Positions 28,551-39,128 of a stretch of 62,271 nucleotides of DNA are shown piece by piece. A program made the position numbers and the translations under genes. Source of the stretch: Deinococcales bacterium (GTDB taxonomy: Bacteria; Deinococcota; Deinococci; Deinococcales; JAAFIG01); assembly GCA_043778225.1 (NCBI GenBank), contig JAYWGM010000099.1, positions 1 to 62,271 of the forward strand, read 5' to 3'. The notes beneath the pieces were generated by a model, which was given only the letters and a program-made list of their open reading frames with translations, was not told the DNA's origin and ran no database searches. How positions within the stretch are numbered: the stretch's first letter is position 1; each line of letters starts with the position of its first letter.

Positions 28551-29342
28551 ATGCAAACCAGTCCGTATTTTATTGGCAACCGTGAAGGATTTACGCCGCA
28601 AATTGCTCGCTTACTTGGCATGATGGACTATGCTCGAGAAACGACGCTTCAAACTGTCCAAGGCTTAACCCCAGACGAACTCGATTTGCTGCCCGACCCA
28701 GATGGCAACAGCATTGGAATGTTGCTCGAGCATTTGGTGGCAGTGGAAATGTTTTATTACGCCTTTACTTTTTATGGCAATGAAGATTGGGATGGCATTC
28801 TGACCGAGCGTTGGTTGCCCGGTGGCGACCTTGGGACTTTAGGGCGCGAGAAAATTCGGGGCAATCGTTTGAGTTATTACCTCGAGAATCTGCGGGTTAC
28901 AAGGGAAAAAACCTTGGCAGAATTTGCAAAGCGCGATGACACCTGGCTCGAGGAAGCCATCCCATTTTGGGGAACAACAGGAAACCGCTATTTTGCTTGG
29001 TTTCATGTCTTTGAAGACGAAATCAATCATCGTGGACAAATGCGCTTGATCGCCAAACACATTCCGCGCCTACAAAATCGTGGGATGCTTGGCTTGAATC
29101 CAGTGGCAGCTAATAACGATGGTACTGGCATGAAACTCGATGGCGTATCCGAGAATCGTCCGGCGGCACTGGCTGGGTTGCAGGCTGGAGACATCATCCT
29201 CGAGATGGATGGTTTACCCCTAAGCACCATGCCGTTCCTCGAGATTCCTTTTGCCAACAGCATTGGTGCGACCAGTGTTTTTAAGGTACAACGCGGCTCG
29301 GATATTCTCGAGTTTCGTGTCACTCGAGTCAAACCTCAGTAA
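28551..29342 (+). CDS. DinB family protein fused to C-terminal PDZ domain
   Basis: NSIGMLLEHL, HVFEDEINHRGQ; PAALAGLQAGDIILEMDG. Confidence 0.85.
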   Translation: MQTSPYFIGNREGFTPQIARLLGMMDYARETTLQTVQGLTPDELDLLPDPDGNSIGMLLEHLVAVEMFYYAFTFYGNEDWDGILTERWLPGGDLGTLGREKIRGNRLSYYLENLRVTREKTLAEFAKRDDTWLEEAIPFWGTTGNRYFAWFHVFEDEINHRGQMRLIAKHIPRLQNRGMLGLNPVAANNDGTGMKLDGVSENRPAALAGLQAGDIILEMDGLPLSTMPFLEIPFANSIGATSVFKVQRGSDILEFRVTRVKPQ

Positions 29343-29366
29343 GAACTCATTGCCGAAAAAGTTAAG

Positions 29367-30470
29367 ATGAACCCAATGACTCGGCTTGAGCGCATGGTGG
29401 CTAGAGAAACCATTCCTAATTTTTTAATCGGTACTTCGTTGTATATCGGCGTTTTTTTGCTTTGGCGAGTGCTGGCACAGCCATTTTTATCGGCGTTACC
29501 ACTGCGTTCTTTTTTACCGTGGATGCTGTATCAGATTCCTAATTTTGCCTTACAGGCTTTCCCAATTGCGGCGGTCTTTACTGCGCTGATTGTCTTTGGG
29601 CGGTTGGCTCGAGAAAACGAGCTTTTAGCAGCCCAATCGGGCGGAATTAGCCTGGCAATCATGGCGCGACCCGTGCTGCTTTTTGGGGCATTGGTGACTG
29701 GTTTAGGCTATGTCGTTTCGGAATGGGTTGCGCCCAAAGCCAACGAGCAAGTCAGTGTGACATGGTGGGATGGGGTGGAGGGCAATGCCTTATCGCGGAT
29801 TGCGGGTAAGCGCTTGGATTTGGGCTTAAAAACGGTTTTATTCGAGCAGTTTTCGGGCAATGAAATTCGCAATGTTCGGGTTGAGTCTTGGGTTGGCAAC
29901 ACCCAAACGCTCAGTTATGCCAAGCGGGCTTATTTTGAAAAAGATAACTTAATCATGCTCGAGTGGCGCAACTATGCAATCAATCACGACCTGATGCCAC
30001 CCAAAACCGACACCAGCCAAGATTGGTTTGTCTTCAAAAACACCGCCCCAAACAATACCTCGAGAAACATTATTCAGCTTGGTAAAACCCGTGAACGCTT
30101 GGTGTCCGAAAACGATGGCAGTGGTTTTGAAGACCCGCGCAGCATTTCGGATTTATACCGCGAACACCAAGCTGCCACAGGCGTACAGCAGCGCGATATT
30201 GCGGCCCAACTTGGGCTAAAAACCGCCTTGCCTTTTGCCAGCTTAGTGATTTTACTTTTTGGCGTGGCGGTGGCTTCGCGTGGGGCTAGAAACTCGAGTA
30301 CCGCTTTTGGTTATGCAGTTTTAATTGCGATTGGTTTTTATGCAGCTCTTTTTTTGGGGCGTACTTTGGGGCAAATGGGTGTTCTACCCGCCTTTATCGC
30401 GCCATGGTTGGCAAATGTCGGGTTTTTAATAGCTGGGGTGTGGTTACTGCGCTCAAGAGAAATTCGCTAA
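29367..30470 (+). CDS. LptF/LptG family permease
   Basis: GRLARENELLAAQSGGIS; 3+3 TM arrangement. Confidence 0.9.
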   Translation: MNPMTRLERMVARETIPNFLIGTSLYIGVFLLWRVLAQPFLSALPLRSFLPWMLYQIPNFALQAFPIAAVFTALIVFGRLARENELLAAQSGGISLAIMARPVLLFGALVTGLGYVVSEWVAPKANEQVSVTWWDGVEGNALSRIAGKRLDLGLKTVLFEQFSGNEIRNVRVESWVGNTQTLSYAKRAYFEKDNLIMLEWRNYAINHDLMPPKTDTSQDWFVFKNTAPNNTSRNIIQLGKTRERLVSENDGSGFEDPRSISDLYREHQAATGVQQRDIAAQLGLKTALPFASLVILLFGVAVASRGARNSSTAFGYAVLIAIGFYAALFLGRTLGQMGVLPAFIAPWLANVGFLIAGVWLLRSREIR

Positions 30471-30650
30471 CTGTACTCGAGTTTAACTGAACTTTATCTT
30501 GGGCTTGTCCGTATCTCACTTCGACGCGGCAAGTGGTTCTTTCGGCTCGAGACGGTACGAACCTAGCGCGATCCTTATCTCATTTCGTTTGTAAGGTCAT
30601 CTTTTTAGAGGTGACAACGGGCTTTTATTGCCCTTAATAGGAGAAAAATC

Positions 30651-31145
30651 ATGAATAAGATTACTTTAGCTTTGGCTGCTGTTGTACTTGGTGGACTTGC
30701 CCTCGCTGCTCCCGCCCTACGCTTAACCTCGAGTGCCGCTAACAATGGTCGAGTGACTGGCGAAGTCGTCAATATCTCGGCGTACAGCCAATTGCCAATT
30801 GTTAGCCGCAGCAACACTGGCTCGAGTATCGTTTTGGTCTACAAAGGCAAAGATGCCGCCGAACCATTTAAGTTCTACCAAACTGCTTTTGAAAAACAAG
30901 GTTGGAAAATTGGTCAAGCCATGGGCGGTGGCGATGCCATGGCTGGGGCAATGGACAAACCAGCCGATGGCGCAATGGCTGGGGCAATGGATAAACCCGC
31001 CGGTGCGATGGATAAACCCGCCGACTCCATGGGCATGATGGACAAAGGACTCGAGGCAAGTCTGACATTTAAGAAAATGACCATCAGCTTAAAGTCAAGT
31101 GTGGTTGGCACAGACCAAATCAAGGTTTCTTTTGACTTGAAATAG
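30651..31145 (+). CDS. Secreted protein with Met-rich AMDKP repeats
   Basis: Signal peptide; GAMDKPA repeats; AGGAG RBS. Confidence 0.8.
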   Translation: MNKITLALAAVVLGGLALAAPALRLTSSAANNGRVTGEVVNISAYSQLPIVSRSNTGSSIVLVYKGKDAAEPFKFYQTAFEKQGWKIGQAMGGGDAMAGAMDKPADGAMAGAMDKPAGAMDKPADSMGMMDKGLEASLTFKKMTISLKSSVVGTDQIKVSFDLK

Positions 31146-31160
31146 ATTCGATGGCTAACT

Positions 31161-31189
31161 GCCTGACGAAAATTTTCGTCAGGCGGTTT
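31161..31189 (+). terminator. Intrinsic terminator
   Basis: GCCTGACGAAA/TTTCGTCAGGC followed by a T-run. Confidence 0.75.
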
Positions 31190-31236
31190 TATAGTCGCTT
31201 GCATTGTCCATTCTCGAGGGGGCATGATGGTTTGAT

Positions 31237-34200
31237 ATGTTACCCATGTTTGAAATCGCCAAAAAACCTTCGTGGATGAACCCCGAATTGCTACAACTTT
31301 CGCGCCTACCAATGCACAGCACTTTTTGGAGTCTCGAGAATGCAAATCGGGCGCTCGAGTTGGCATACTTTTCTGTACCCGACGACAAAAGCCCGTGGAT
31401 CAAAAGTTTAGACGGCACTTGGGATATTGCCGTCTATCCAAACCCACAAGCTGTGCCGCTCGGGGTTTTAGAAGATAATTTACCAAGCGGTTTCTCGAGC
31501 ATTCCAGTCCCGAGCAATATTCAATTTTTTGGACACGACACCCCTTGGTACACCAACGTCCAAATGCCATTTTTGCACGAACCACCTTTTGTCCCAGAAG
31601 AGAACCCAACGGCGGTCTATCGCCGTGAATTTGCTGTGCCACTCGAGTGGAAAAATAAGCGAGTGGTGCTGCATTTTGGAGCAGCCGAGAGTGTCTTATT
31701 TGTCTATCTTAACGGGCAGCCAGTCGGCATGAGCAAAGACTCAAGGCTACCAGCCGAATTTGATGTTTCTGGGCAACTGCGCTTTGATGGCATCAATACC
31801 TTGGTCGCAGTCGTGATGAAATGGGGCGATGTCTCGTTTATCGAAAACCAAGACCAGTGGTGGTACTCGGGTTTGCCGCGCAGCGTGGTGCTGCACTGTA
31901 CCCCGACGGTTTTTATCGCCGACATTATCGCCAAAACCAAACTCGAGCCAGACAATACAGGCAACCTTGAATTGGATGTGCCTTTGGGATTTGATGGCGC
32001 TTTTGCCCCAGAAGGCTACCGTGTTCGCGCTCAGTTATTTATCGGGCAAGAAGCAATACTCGAGTTACAAGAAGAAGTTTTAGTCAAACAATCCTTGAGT
32101 TTTTATGTCTCGAGTGACTTTGAAAACAAACGCAACCGTGCCAAACTCAAAGCCACAATAGAAAACATCAAACCTTGGAATGCTGAGACACCCAATCTGT
32201 ACACGTTGGTGCTGGAATTACTCGAGCCAAACGGTAACGTTAGCCAAACCACAGCTTTACAAATTGGCTTTGGGCGCACCGAAATTGTTGGCACAGATTT
32301 ACTGGTCAATGGCGCTCGAGTGATGCTGCGTGGAGTCAATCGCCATGAATCAGACCCCAAACTTGGGCGGGCATTGCCATTTGAACGGATGCTCGAGGAT
32401 GTTGTTTTAATCAAGCAACACAATTTTAATGCGGTGCGAACTTCGCATTATCCGCCACACCCAAGTTTTTTAGAAATCTGTAACCAAATTGGTCTGTATG
32501 TGATTGACGAAGCCAATCTTGAATCGCATATGCACTATTTGGAACTTTGCGATGACCCGCGCTATGCCAGTGCTTTTCTCGAGCGGGTGGCACGGATGGT
32601 GCAGCGCGACCGCAATCACCCCAGTATTATTTTGTGGTCTTTAGGCAACGAAAGCGGTTATGGGGCGCATCACGATGCTGCCGCCGCTTGGCTGCGCCAT
32701 GCCGATTCACGCCCGGTGCATTTTGAAAGCGCTTGTTTTATCGAAGAAAAAATGGGTTCTGGCGGTTCTCGAGCCTCGGACATCATGAGCCTAATGTACC
32801 CAACCCCAGAGCGCATGGAAAAATGGGCGGATTTGCCCGATGCAAGGCGACCATTTATTTTGTGCGAGTACAGCCACGCCATGGGCAACAGCAATGGCAG
32901 CCTGCACGAATACTGGGAATTGTTTGAGCGTCATCCAAAAATCCAAGGCGGATTTATATGGGAATGGACTGACCACGGGATTTGGAACGAAGCCAAGCAG
33001 CACTGGAATTATGGCGGGGATTTTGGCGAAACGCCGCACGATGGCAATTTTTGTGCTGATGGTTTGGTGCAACCAGACCGCACCCCGCACCCAGCCCTGA
33101 GCGAAGTCAAGTACCTGCAACAACCCGTGGCGGTGCGATTACTCGAGCAAAAAGGGCGCAATCTTAAACTCGAGATTAGCAACAAAAACTGGTTCTCGAG
33201 TTTGGCATGGCTGCATGGCAGATGGGAACTGCTTGCCGATGGTCTGGTGGTGGCACAAGGCGACTTACCAAGCCTTGGGCTGGCTGCCCAAACAAAACAA
33301 GTGCTTGACCTCGAGATTCCCGAGAGTACCGCTCTGGAGCATCATTTGAATCTTTATTTTTGTACCAAAAACGCCACCGCTTGGGCGCAAAGTGGGCATT
33401 TGGTGGCATGGCAACAATTAAAACTTGGCGGTGGTCTTGCACCAAGTATGCGGCTGGTCAGTAAACCAATGTCGTGGCAAGTTGGCGCAGTTAATGCCTT
33501 AAAAAAAGCGCCGCAGTTGTGTTTATTTCGTGCGCCGATAGACAACGATGGAATTTACACCGTGCCGCTTCGTTCAGAAATGGTGCTGAATAAATGGCTG
33601 GCTTGGGGACTCGAGCAAACCCTGACTGCCCAAACGATTGAACGTTTTGAGCATACCTTGTCCAATGGCGCAACCATGCTCGAGCAAACCAAATGGTACT
33701 CGAGCAGCAGTATTCCAGATTTAGCGATTGTCAAAAGCCGAATTCTTGGCTCGAGATTTGAATACGATATTTGGGTCAATCCAAACTGCGACGACCTGCC
33801 ACGGGTCGGCATCGAACTGCATTTAGACAGCAGCCTCGAGAACCTGCGCTATTTTGGCTTAGGCGCAAGCGAGACCTACAGCGATCGTCAGTCTGGAGCA
33901 ATGCTTGGGGTTTATAACAGCAGCGTGACCGAGCAGTATTTTCCATACATCATGCCGCAGGAAACTGGGCATCATGAACAGACCCGTTGGCTTGAACTGA
34001 CCAACGCCGAGGGAGCGGGTTTACGCTTCTCGAGCGAAACACCTTTTGGTTTTAATGCGCTGCATTTCACCACCCAAGATTTGTACCAAGCCCTGCATAC
34101 TTCTGACCTGACCGCTCGAGCCGAAGTGATTTTGCACCTCGATGCCGCCATGCGTGGGCTTGGCACAGGCAGTTGTGGACCCGACACGACCGACCGCTAT

Positions 34201-34251
34201 AAAGTCCGCGGCGGCTGGCATCGGCTGGTTTTTGAGGTGCAGGCTGTTTAG
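31237..34251 (+). CDS. lacZ: Beta-galactosidase (GH2)
   Basis: GVNRHE, RTSHYP, WSLGNE, CEYSHAMGN, GGFIWEW. Confidence 0.95.
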   Translation: MLPMFEIAKKPSWMNPELLQLSRLPMHSTFWSLENANRALELAYFSVPDDKSPWIKSLDGTWDIAVYPNPQAVPLGVLEDNLPSGFSSIPVPSNIQFFGHDTPWYTNVQMPFLHEPPFVPEENPTAVYRREFAVPLEWKNKRVVLHFGAAESVLFVYLNGQPVGMSKDSRLPAEFDVSGQLRFDGINTLVAVVMKWGDVSFIENQDQWWYSGLPRSVVLHCTPTVFIADIIAKTKLEPDNTGNLELDVPLGFDGAFAPEGYRVRAQLFIGQEAILELQEEVLVKQSLSFYVSSDFENKRNRAKLKATIENIKPWNAETPNLYTLVLELLEPNGNVSQTTALQIGFGRTEIVGTDLLVNGARVMLRGVNRHESDPKLGRALPFERMLEDVVLIKQHNFNAVRTSHYPPHPSFLEICNQIGLYVIDEANLESHMHYLELCDDPRYASAFLERVARMVQRDRNHPSIILWSLGNESGYGAHHDAAAAWLRHADSRPVHFESACFIEEKMGSGGSRASDIMSLMYPTPERMEKWADLPDARRPFILCEYSHAMGNSNGSLHEYWELFERHPKIQGGFIWEWTDHGIWNEAKQHWNYGGDFGETPHDGNFCADGLVQPDRTPHPALSEVKYLQQPVAVRLLEQKGRNLKLEISNKNWFSSLAWLHGRWELLADGLVVAQGDLPSLGLAAQTKQVLDLEIPESTALEHHLNLYFCTKNATAWAQSGHLVAWQQLKLGGGLAPSMRLVSKPMSWQVGAVNALKKAPQLCLFRAPIDNDGIYTVPLRSEMVLNKWLAWGLEQTLTAQTIERFEHTLSNGATMLEQTKWYSSSSIPDLAIVKSRILGSRFEYDIWVNPNCDDLPRVGIELHLDSSLENLRYFGLGASETYSDRQSGAMLGVYNSSVTEQYFPYIMPQETGHHEQTRWLELTNAEGAGLRFSSETPFGFNALHFTTQDLYQALHTSDLTARAEVILHLDAAMRGLGTGSCGPDTTDRYKVRGGWHRLVFEVQAV

Positions 34252-34478
34252 TCCTCGTCTTGGTCGGTTGGCTCAAGGGTAGCTTGGTCTGAACTGATAT
34301 TTTCTGAACTCGAGCCATGGGCGGCTCTTTGGGCATCAAGACCATCTTGAGCGTCTGGCTGCTCGGAACTGGCAAAATTAGATTCATCCATGGTCGCATC
34401 GTCAGGGTCTTGATGCTCGAGTTCGCTGGGGTCAAGCTCGAGGGAGGCAATGTCTTGGGTGGTGGCTTGGGTAATCAT
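34248..34478 (-). CDS. Small acidic hypothetical protein
   Basis: 76 aa Asp/Glu-rich ORF filling the gap; 4-bp convergent overlap with lacZ. Confidence 0.5.
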   Translation of the reverse strand: MITQATTQDIASLELDPSELEHQDPDDATMDESNFASSEQPDAQDGLDAQRAAHGSSSENISSDQATLEPTDQDED

Positions 34479-34511
34479 GGTTCATCTAAACACAAGCACC
34501 TGAAGCCAGAC

Positions 34512-35402
34512 TTAACGCAGAATCACTTCAAGAATCACACTGGCAATCATCGTTAATGCCAACCAAGTGTTGGCGTTAAAAAAGGCTTCGTTGACTCGAG
34601 CCAAATCTTTGGGATTCACAATGCTGTGTTCGTAAAATAAAATCGCGCCCATGATAACCACGCCAATAAAGTAAACCCAGTGGCTACCCGCCACCAAACC
34701 AACCGCCAGCAACAAAAGCCACATAACTGCATGGGAAACCTTAGCAATCTCGAGTCCACGGGCAATTCCAAAGCGTTGTGGGATGCTGTTGATTCCATTT
34801 TGGCGGTCAAAGTCAAAGTCTTGGGTGGCATAAATCACATCCAGCCCAACCATCCAAAAAATTACCACCAGCCATAATAACCATGCGGTGGCATCAAAAC
34901 GCCCAGTCACGGCAATGTACCCACCCGCCGCCGCCGCCCCATCGGTGATGCCAAGCCACAAATGACAAAGCCAAGTAAAGCGTTTGGTGTACGGGTACAG
35001 CACCAAAAAAACCACAGCCAAAGGCATTAACGCCAAACAAAGTGGATTGAGTTGCCAAGCCGAAACCGCCAAAATAAGCAAGGTAAAAGCCGCCAACAAG
35101 TAGCCCTCGAGCGGTTTGACTGCCCCTCGAGGCACATGGCGCATGGCGGTGCGCGGATTTTTGGCATCTATGGCGGCATCCAGCACGCGGTTCAGTGCCA
35201 TGGCACTGGTACGAGCGCCAATCATGGCGAGCGTCACCCAAAAAAGCACGCCAAAGCCCGGAAACCAAGTGCCTAGGTCGTTTTTGGAAGCCAGAAACAA
35301 ACCAGCGTAAGCAAACGGCAATGCAAAAACCGTGTGTTCAAACTTGACCAACTCGAGATAGGTTTTGAATCGCTCAAGCGGCTTGGTGACTGCGACATTC
35401 AC
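34512..35402 (-). CDS. mqnP: UbiA-family prenyltransferase, MqnP-like (futalosine menaquinone pathway)
   Basis: [49 protein letters not shown]. Confidence 0.85.
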   Translation of the reverse strand: MNVAVTKPLERFKTYLELVKFEHTVFALPFAYAGLFLASKNDLGTWFPGFGVLFWVTLAMIGARTSAMALNRVLDAAIDAKNPRTAMRHVPRGAVKPLEGYLLAAFTLLILAVSAWQLNPLCLALMPLAVVFLVLYPYTKRFTWLCHLWLGITDGAAAAGGYIAVTGRFDATAWLLWLVVIFWMVGLDVIYATQDFDFDRQNGINSIPQRFGIARGLEIAKVSHAVMWLLLLAVGLVAGSHWVYFIGVVIMGAILFYEHSIVNPKDLARVNEAFFNANTWLALTMIASVILEVILR

Positions 35403-35457
35403 AGCATCCAGATTACACCCAGATGACAATCCAAATGTGGGGATAAAGAGGTAAGGC

Positions 35458-36483
35458 TCACTTTAAGAGTTTTTGTAAATCTTGTGTCCAACGCGCCACA
35501 CTGCCAGCATTTGCCCACTCAATCATTACAGGGGCAACTTGGTTTTTGAATGGGACTTTGAGCAGCACCGCACCGAGCTTACCGTTTTGCAGGGCGTAAG
35601 CGGTCAATTGGGTTTTCTCGAGGGTGTACAAGAGATCATTTTTGGGACTCGAGAACGCATCTATAATTTTGCTGTTCTTTGCCAGCAAAGTTTTCCAGCT
35701 AATAGCCAAAGTATCGTGACCAACAAGGCTGGTTGGTGGGGTAATACCCGAATCAAAATCTATACAGCAAGCATTGCGAACTGCTTCATAAGAATAGCCA
35801 AGTCTGCCGCGCAAAACCCATTGCCCGCTTTTGCGAATCATTGCCCAGTTGGTGACATTGGGGCTTTTTTCATAATAACCTTGGTTCTCGAGCGATAAAG
35901 CCGCATGAAAAGTCTCGCCAGCTTGATAAAATTTTGCTTGGGCGCTTGAGCTAATCAGATCGGTGATTTCCATTAAATTTGGTCCTGATTCAGTAAAGTT
36001 GGCGCTACCACCACTTTTTCGCAACAAATCTAAATCACGCACTTGTAATGTGGCGACCGCATATGGATGGGCTGCGCCCTTGCAGTAGCCACTTTCGCTA
36101 TCCTCGAGTGCCAAGTATTTTTCGTGAACCCAGAGCAGCGCAGCACTGCTGTCTACTTGGCAATCGGCATCAAATTCGGCTGGTTTACTTAGGTTTGGAG
36201 TACCTACAGGAGCAGCAAAGAAAAATTGTTGATTGCTTTGCCCACCTTGAGCCGCAGCCTTGCTCGAGCTAACCCGCCACCAACCAATTTTGCGCGGCAC
36301 AAGCAGATTCTCTCCTTGGTTTAGCATCCTAAGTTTACCATTTTGCGGCGCAATCCATAGGGTTTTATAGCTGCTCCCTTCTTTATAACCCAACAATAAA
36401 CCACTTGAGACTTGGGCTTGCCCCGAAACAATACTGACCAAGGCGGCTGTGCCAATCGCCAAAGCAAAAAAGATTTTCTTCAT
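35458..36483 (-). CDS. Secreted hypothetical protein
   Basis: Signal peptide; [21 protein letters not shown] motifs. Confidence 0.75.
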   Translation of the reverse strand: MKKIFFALAIGTAALVSIVSGQAQVSSGLLLGYKEGSSYKTLWIAPQNGKLRMLNQGENLLVPRKIGWWRVSSSKAAAQGGQSNQQFFFAAPVGTPNLSKPAEFDADCQVDSSAALLWVHEKYLALEDSESGYCKGAAHPYAVATLQVRDLDLLRKSGGSANFTESGPNLMEITDLISSSAQAKFYQAGETFHAALSLENQGYYEKSPNVTNWAMIRKSGQWVLRGRLGYSYEAVRNACCIDFDSGITPPTSLVGHDTLAISWKTLLAKNSKIIDAFSSPKNDLLYTLEKTQLTAYALQNGKLGAVLLKVPFKNQVAPVMIEWANAGSVARWTQDLQKLLK

Positions 36484-36651
36484 CTCCACATTGTAACTCG
36501 AGTCCAGAAAAAACAAAGCAGATGTAGCTCATATGAGAAAAAAATAGGCTATTGCCTTACAATTATGGTAGACTGTCAATTCCTCGCAGAGGCTTTTCAA
36601 AAGTTCCAAGCCTTGTGGCAGCAGGAGCGGATTTATCCGTCTGGAGAGTTT

Positions 36652-36867
36652 ATGGCACAAGAAACAGGTACGGTCAAATGGTTCAACGCAGAAAAAGGTT
36701 TCGGTTTCATTGCCCGCGAGGGTGGCGCGGATGTCTTTGTGCATTATAGTGCCATTGCTGCGGGTGGGTTTCGTAAACTGCTCGAGGGGCAACGGGTCAA
36801 GTTTGAGGTCGAAGAAGGCAAAACAGGCAAAGGTCCGCAAGCCATGAACGTCAGCGTCGCAGAGTAA
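36652..36867 (+). CDS. Cold-shock domain protein
   Basis: [22 protein letters not shown]. Confidence 0.97.
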   Translation: MAQETGTVKWFNAEKGFGFIAREGGADVFVHYSAIAAGGFRKLLEGQRVKFEVEEGKTGKGPQAMNVSVAE

Positions 36868-36877
36868 ACCGAAATAA

Positions 36878-36914
36878 AATAGCTCGAGTCCAAGCGGCTC
36901 GAGCTATTCTTTAT
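36878..36914 (+). terminator. Terminator with CTCGAG in both arms
   Basis: AATAGCTCGAG...CTCGAGCTATT. Confidence 0.75.
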
Positions 36915-36915
36915 T

Positions 36916-37122
36916 ATGGATTGGACACTCGAGCAACGCGAATTTACAACTTGGTGCGAACTCGAGCATGGCAGCACTCTGGTTTGGCTCGAGTGGAATG
37001 AAAAAGTTTTTGCTTACCGTTGTGGGGTCAGTCAAAATGGTTTGGCGGGGCGTTCACATTTGGGTTTTGCTGACTCGCTCGAAGATGCACAGCAGACCGC
37101 TTTAGCATTATTCTTAGGCTAG
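36916..37122 (+). CDS. Hypothetical protein
   Basis: 68 aa ORF with host-like CTCGAG usage. Confidence 0.55.
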   Translation: MDWTLEQREFTTWCELEHGSTLVWLEWNEKVFAYRCGVSQNGLAGRSHLGFADSLEDAQQTALALFLG

Positions 37123-37228
37123 TATTTTGTATAAACAGCAACTCGAGTCAATCGACGTTTAACCAACTCTCTTGAGTTGTCTGTGCAACCATGCTGCAAA
37201 TCCAAGGCTTCTCGAGTAGATTAGGGTC

Positions 37229-38389
37229 ATGTATCGTCAACGCCTGATTGCTCCGGGTCCTGTGGAAATTAGCCCAGCCGTACAACAAGCCCTCGCCAGC
37301 CGCCAATTGCATCATCGGAGTCCCGAGGCAAAGGTCGTGGTCAAACGCGCTCGAGAATTGCTGCGGGTCGTGGCGGGTGTCTCTGAGGCGATTGAACCAA
37401 TTATCCTGACCAGTAGTGGCACAGGTGCATTTGAGGCAATTTTGACCAGTTTGGTGGCTCGAGAGGACAAAGTGCTGAGCATCAGCGCCGGCAAATTTGG
37501 CGAACGCTGGGCAGACATGGCAAAAGCCCTTGGGTACACAGTGCAGGAAACTCGGCTCGAGTGGGGAACGGCTATTTCTATTGCTGCTGTAAAAGCCTTA
37601 CTCCAAGCAAACCCAGATGCCAAAGCCCTTTTAATCACCCATTCAGAGACCAGTACAGGTGTGCTGCACGACCTCGAGGGTATTGCTAAAGCTGCAAAAG
37701 CCATCAACCCAAACATTTTGCTGCTGGTGGATGCGATTACCAGTCTTGGCGTGGCAGAACTCAGACTCGAGGCATGGGGCTTAGATGCGGTCATTAGTGG
37801 TTCACAAAAAGCCACGGGCGCACCTCCGGGACTGGCATTTGCTTTTCTCGCCCCTCGAGCCTTGACGGTTTTGGGGCAGGGCGAACACAAGGTTCGCCCC
37901 TACTATTTTGATTTACGCCGTGAGGTTAAAGTCCAAGCCACGGGCGAAACGGCTTTTACCCCTGCTATTAACTTAATTGTGGGCTTAAATGCTGCCCTCG
38001 AGCCGATGGCAGCTGAAATTTTAGAACATGGACTCGAGACGTGGTGGGAAAATAAAAAAGCCTTGAACGAAGCGCTACTGGCTTGTGCTGTGGCGCTTGG
38101 CTGCACCAGTTATGCCAGTGTCCCGAGTCCAGCTTGTGTGACGCTTGTGCCACCTGCGCCAATCAGTGGGCGTGAGCTTTGGGCAGCTTTGCTCAAGCGT
38201 GGCGCAAGGGCGCAAACGGGGCAGGACGCGATTAAAGATGTTATTTGCCGCATTTCTTTTATGGGGCATTTTGACCGCTACGACGCACTCAGTTTTGCGG
38301 GGTTACTTGAGGAAGCGCTTTTGGATTGTGGCGCGGTTTTTACTCGAGGGGCTGGGGTGGCGGCGTTGTGGGCGGCACTCGAGGTATAG
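37229..38389 (+). CDS. Class V PLP aminotransferase (alanine-glyoxylate/serine-pyruvate type)
   Basis: APGP, HSETSTG, VDAITS, SGSQKA. Confidence 0.95.
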   Translation: MYRQRLIAPGPVEISPAVQQALASRQLHHRSPEAKVVVKRARELLRVVAGVSEAIEPIILTSSGTGAFEAILTSLVAREDKVLSISAGKFGERWADMAKALGYTVQETRLEWGTAISIAAVKALLQANPDAKALLITHSETSTGVLHDLEGIAKAAKAINPNILLLVDAITSLGVAELRLEAWGLDAVISGSQKATGAPPGLAFAFLAPRALTVLGQGEHKVRPYYFDLRREVKVQATGETAFTPAINLIVGLNAALEPMAAEILEHGLETWWENKKALNEALLACAVALGCTSYASVPSPACVTLVPPAPISGRELWAALLKRGARAQTGQDAIKDVICRISFMGHFDRYDALSFAGLLEEALLDCGAVFTRGAGVAALWAALEV

Positions 38390-38396
38390 TTCTGAG

Positions 38397-39128
38397 ATGA
38401 TAACTGTTGAACAAAAAAAGCTAATTTTGGAGGGCGCAACTACTTGGTTTGAAGAAGTAATTGTCAAAAATCATATCGAAAATACCCAAAAGTTAGCAAA
38501 TCCAAAAGAATTAAACATCAATCCGTTTCTGGTTTCCTATTTAGCGCAATTTGCTTACGGCGAAGTCACAGCACAAACTTTGGCTCGGGCTTTAATTGTT
38601 CCGCGTATCATGTCAACTTCGATTAACACTTCCTTTGGGCAGAATATGCAGCAATTCATGACTGACGTACTAGGTCCGGTTTTCGGTTCAATGATTCCCG
38701 GTTTAGACATCGAATTTACAGATGCAGTTGATGGACGCAAAAAATTCTGCCAAGTCAAACTGGGTCCAAATACGATCAACAAAGATGATGTAACCACCAT
38801 TCATCAGCATTTTGATGCGTCTAAGCGGTTAGCCAAACAAAATAGTCTTGTGGTTGGACTCGAGGATTTTGTTGTTGGAATTGGGTACGGCACAACATCA
38901 GAAATCTCTGGGCATTACAAGCGCTTGCGTGACGATTACCATTATGCTTTGTATGTTGGTCAAGAATTTTGGTATCGCCTAACTGGGGATACGACTTTTT
39001 ATGCAGACCTGATTTGGGCAATGGCATCAGCCGCCAATAACGCCGAATCTCAGAAAATCATTGAAGAGACGATTACAGAATTAGCCTCCAGCAAAACAAT
39101 TCAAGGTATTCTTGAGGGAAGATTTTAG
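38397..39128 (+). CDS. Type II restriction endonuclease (EcoO109I/PmeII-like)
   Basis: NINPFL, SINTSFG, GLDIEF, CQVKLGPNTIN; convergent with C5 MTase. Confidence 0.8.
   Translation: MITVEQKKLILEGATTWFEEVIVKNHIENTQKLANPKELNINPFLVSYLAQFAYGEVTAQTLARALIVPRIMSTSINTSFGQNMQQFMTDVLGPVFGSMIPGLDIEFTDAVDGRKKFCQVKLGPNTINKDDVTTIHQHFDASKRLAKQNSLVVGLEDFVVGIGYGTTSEISGHYKRLRDDYHYALYVGQEFWYRLTGDTTFYADLIWAMASAANNAESQKIIEETITELASSKTIQGILEGRF

Noticed and set aside
38145..38396. N-terminal extension of the restriction endonuclease
   Set aside because: Overlaps the aminotransferase; the ATG at 38397 follows a TATAGT -10 box
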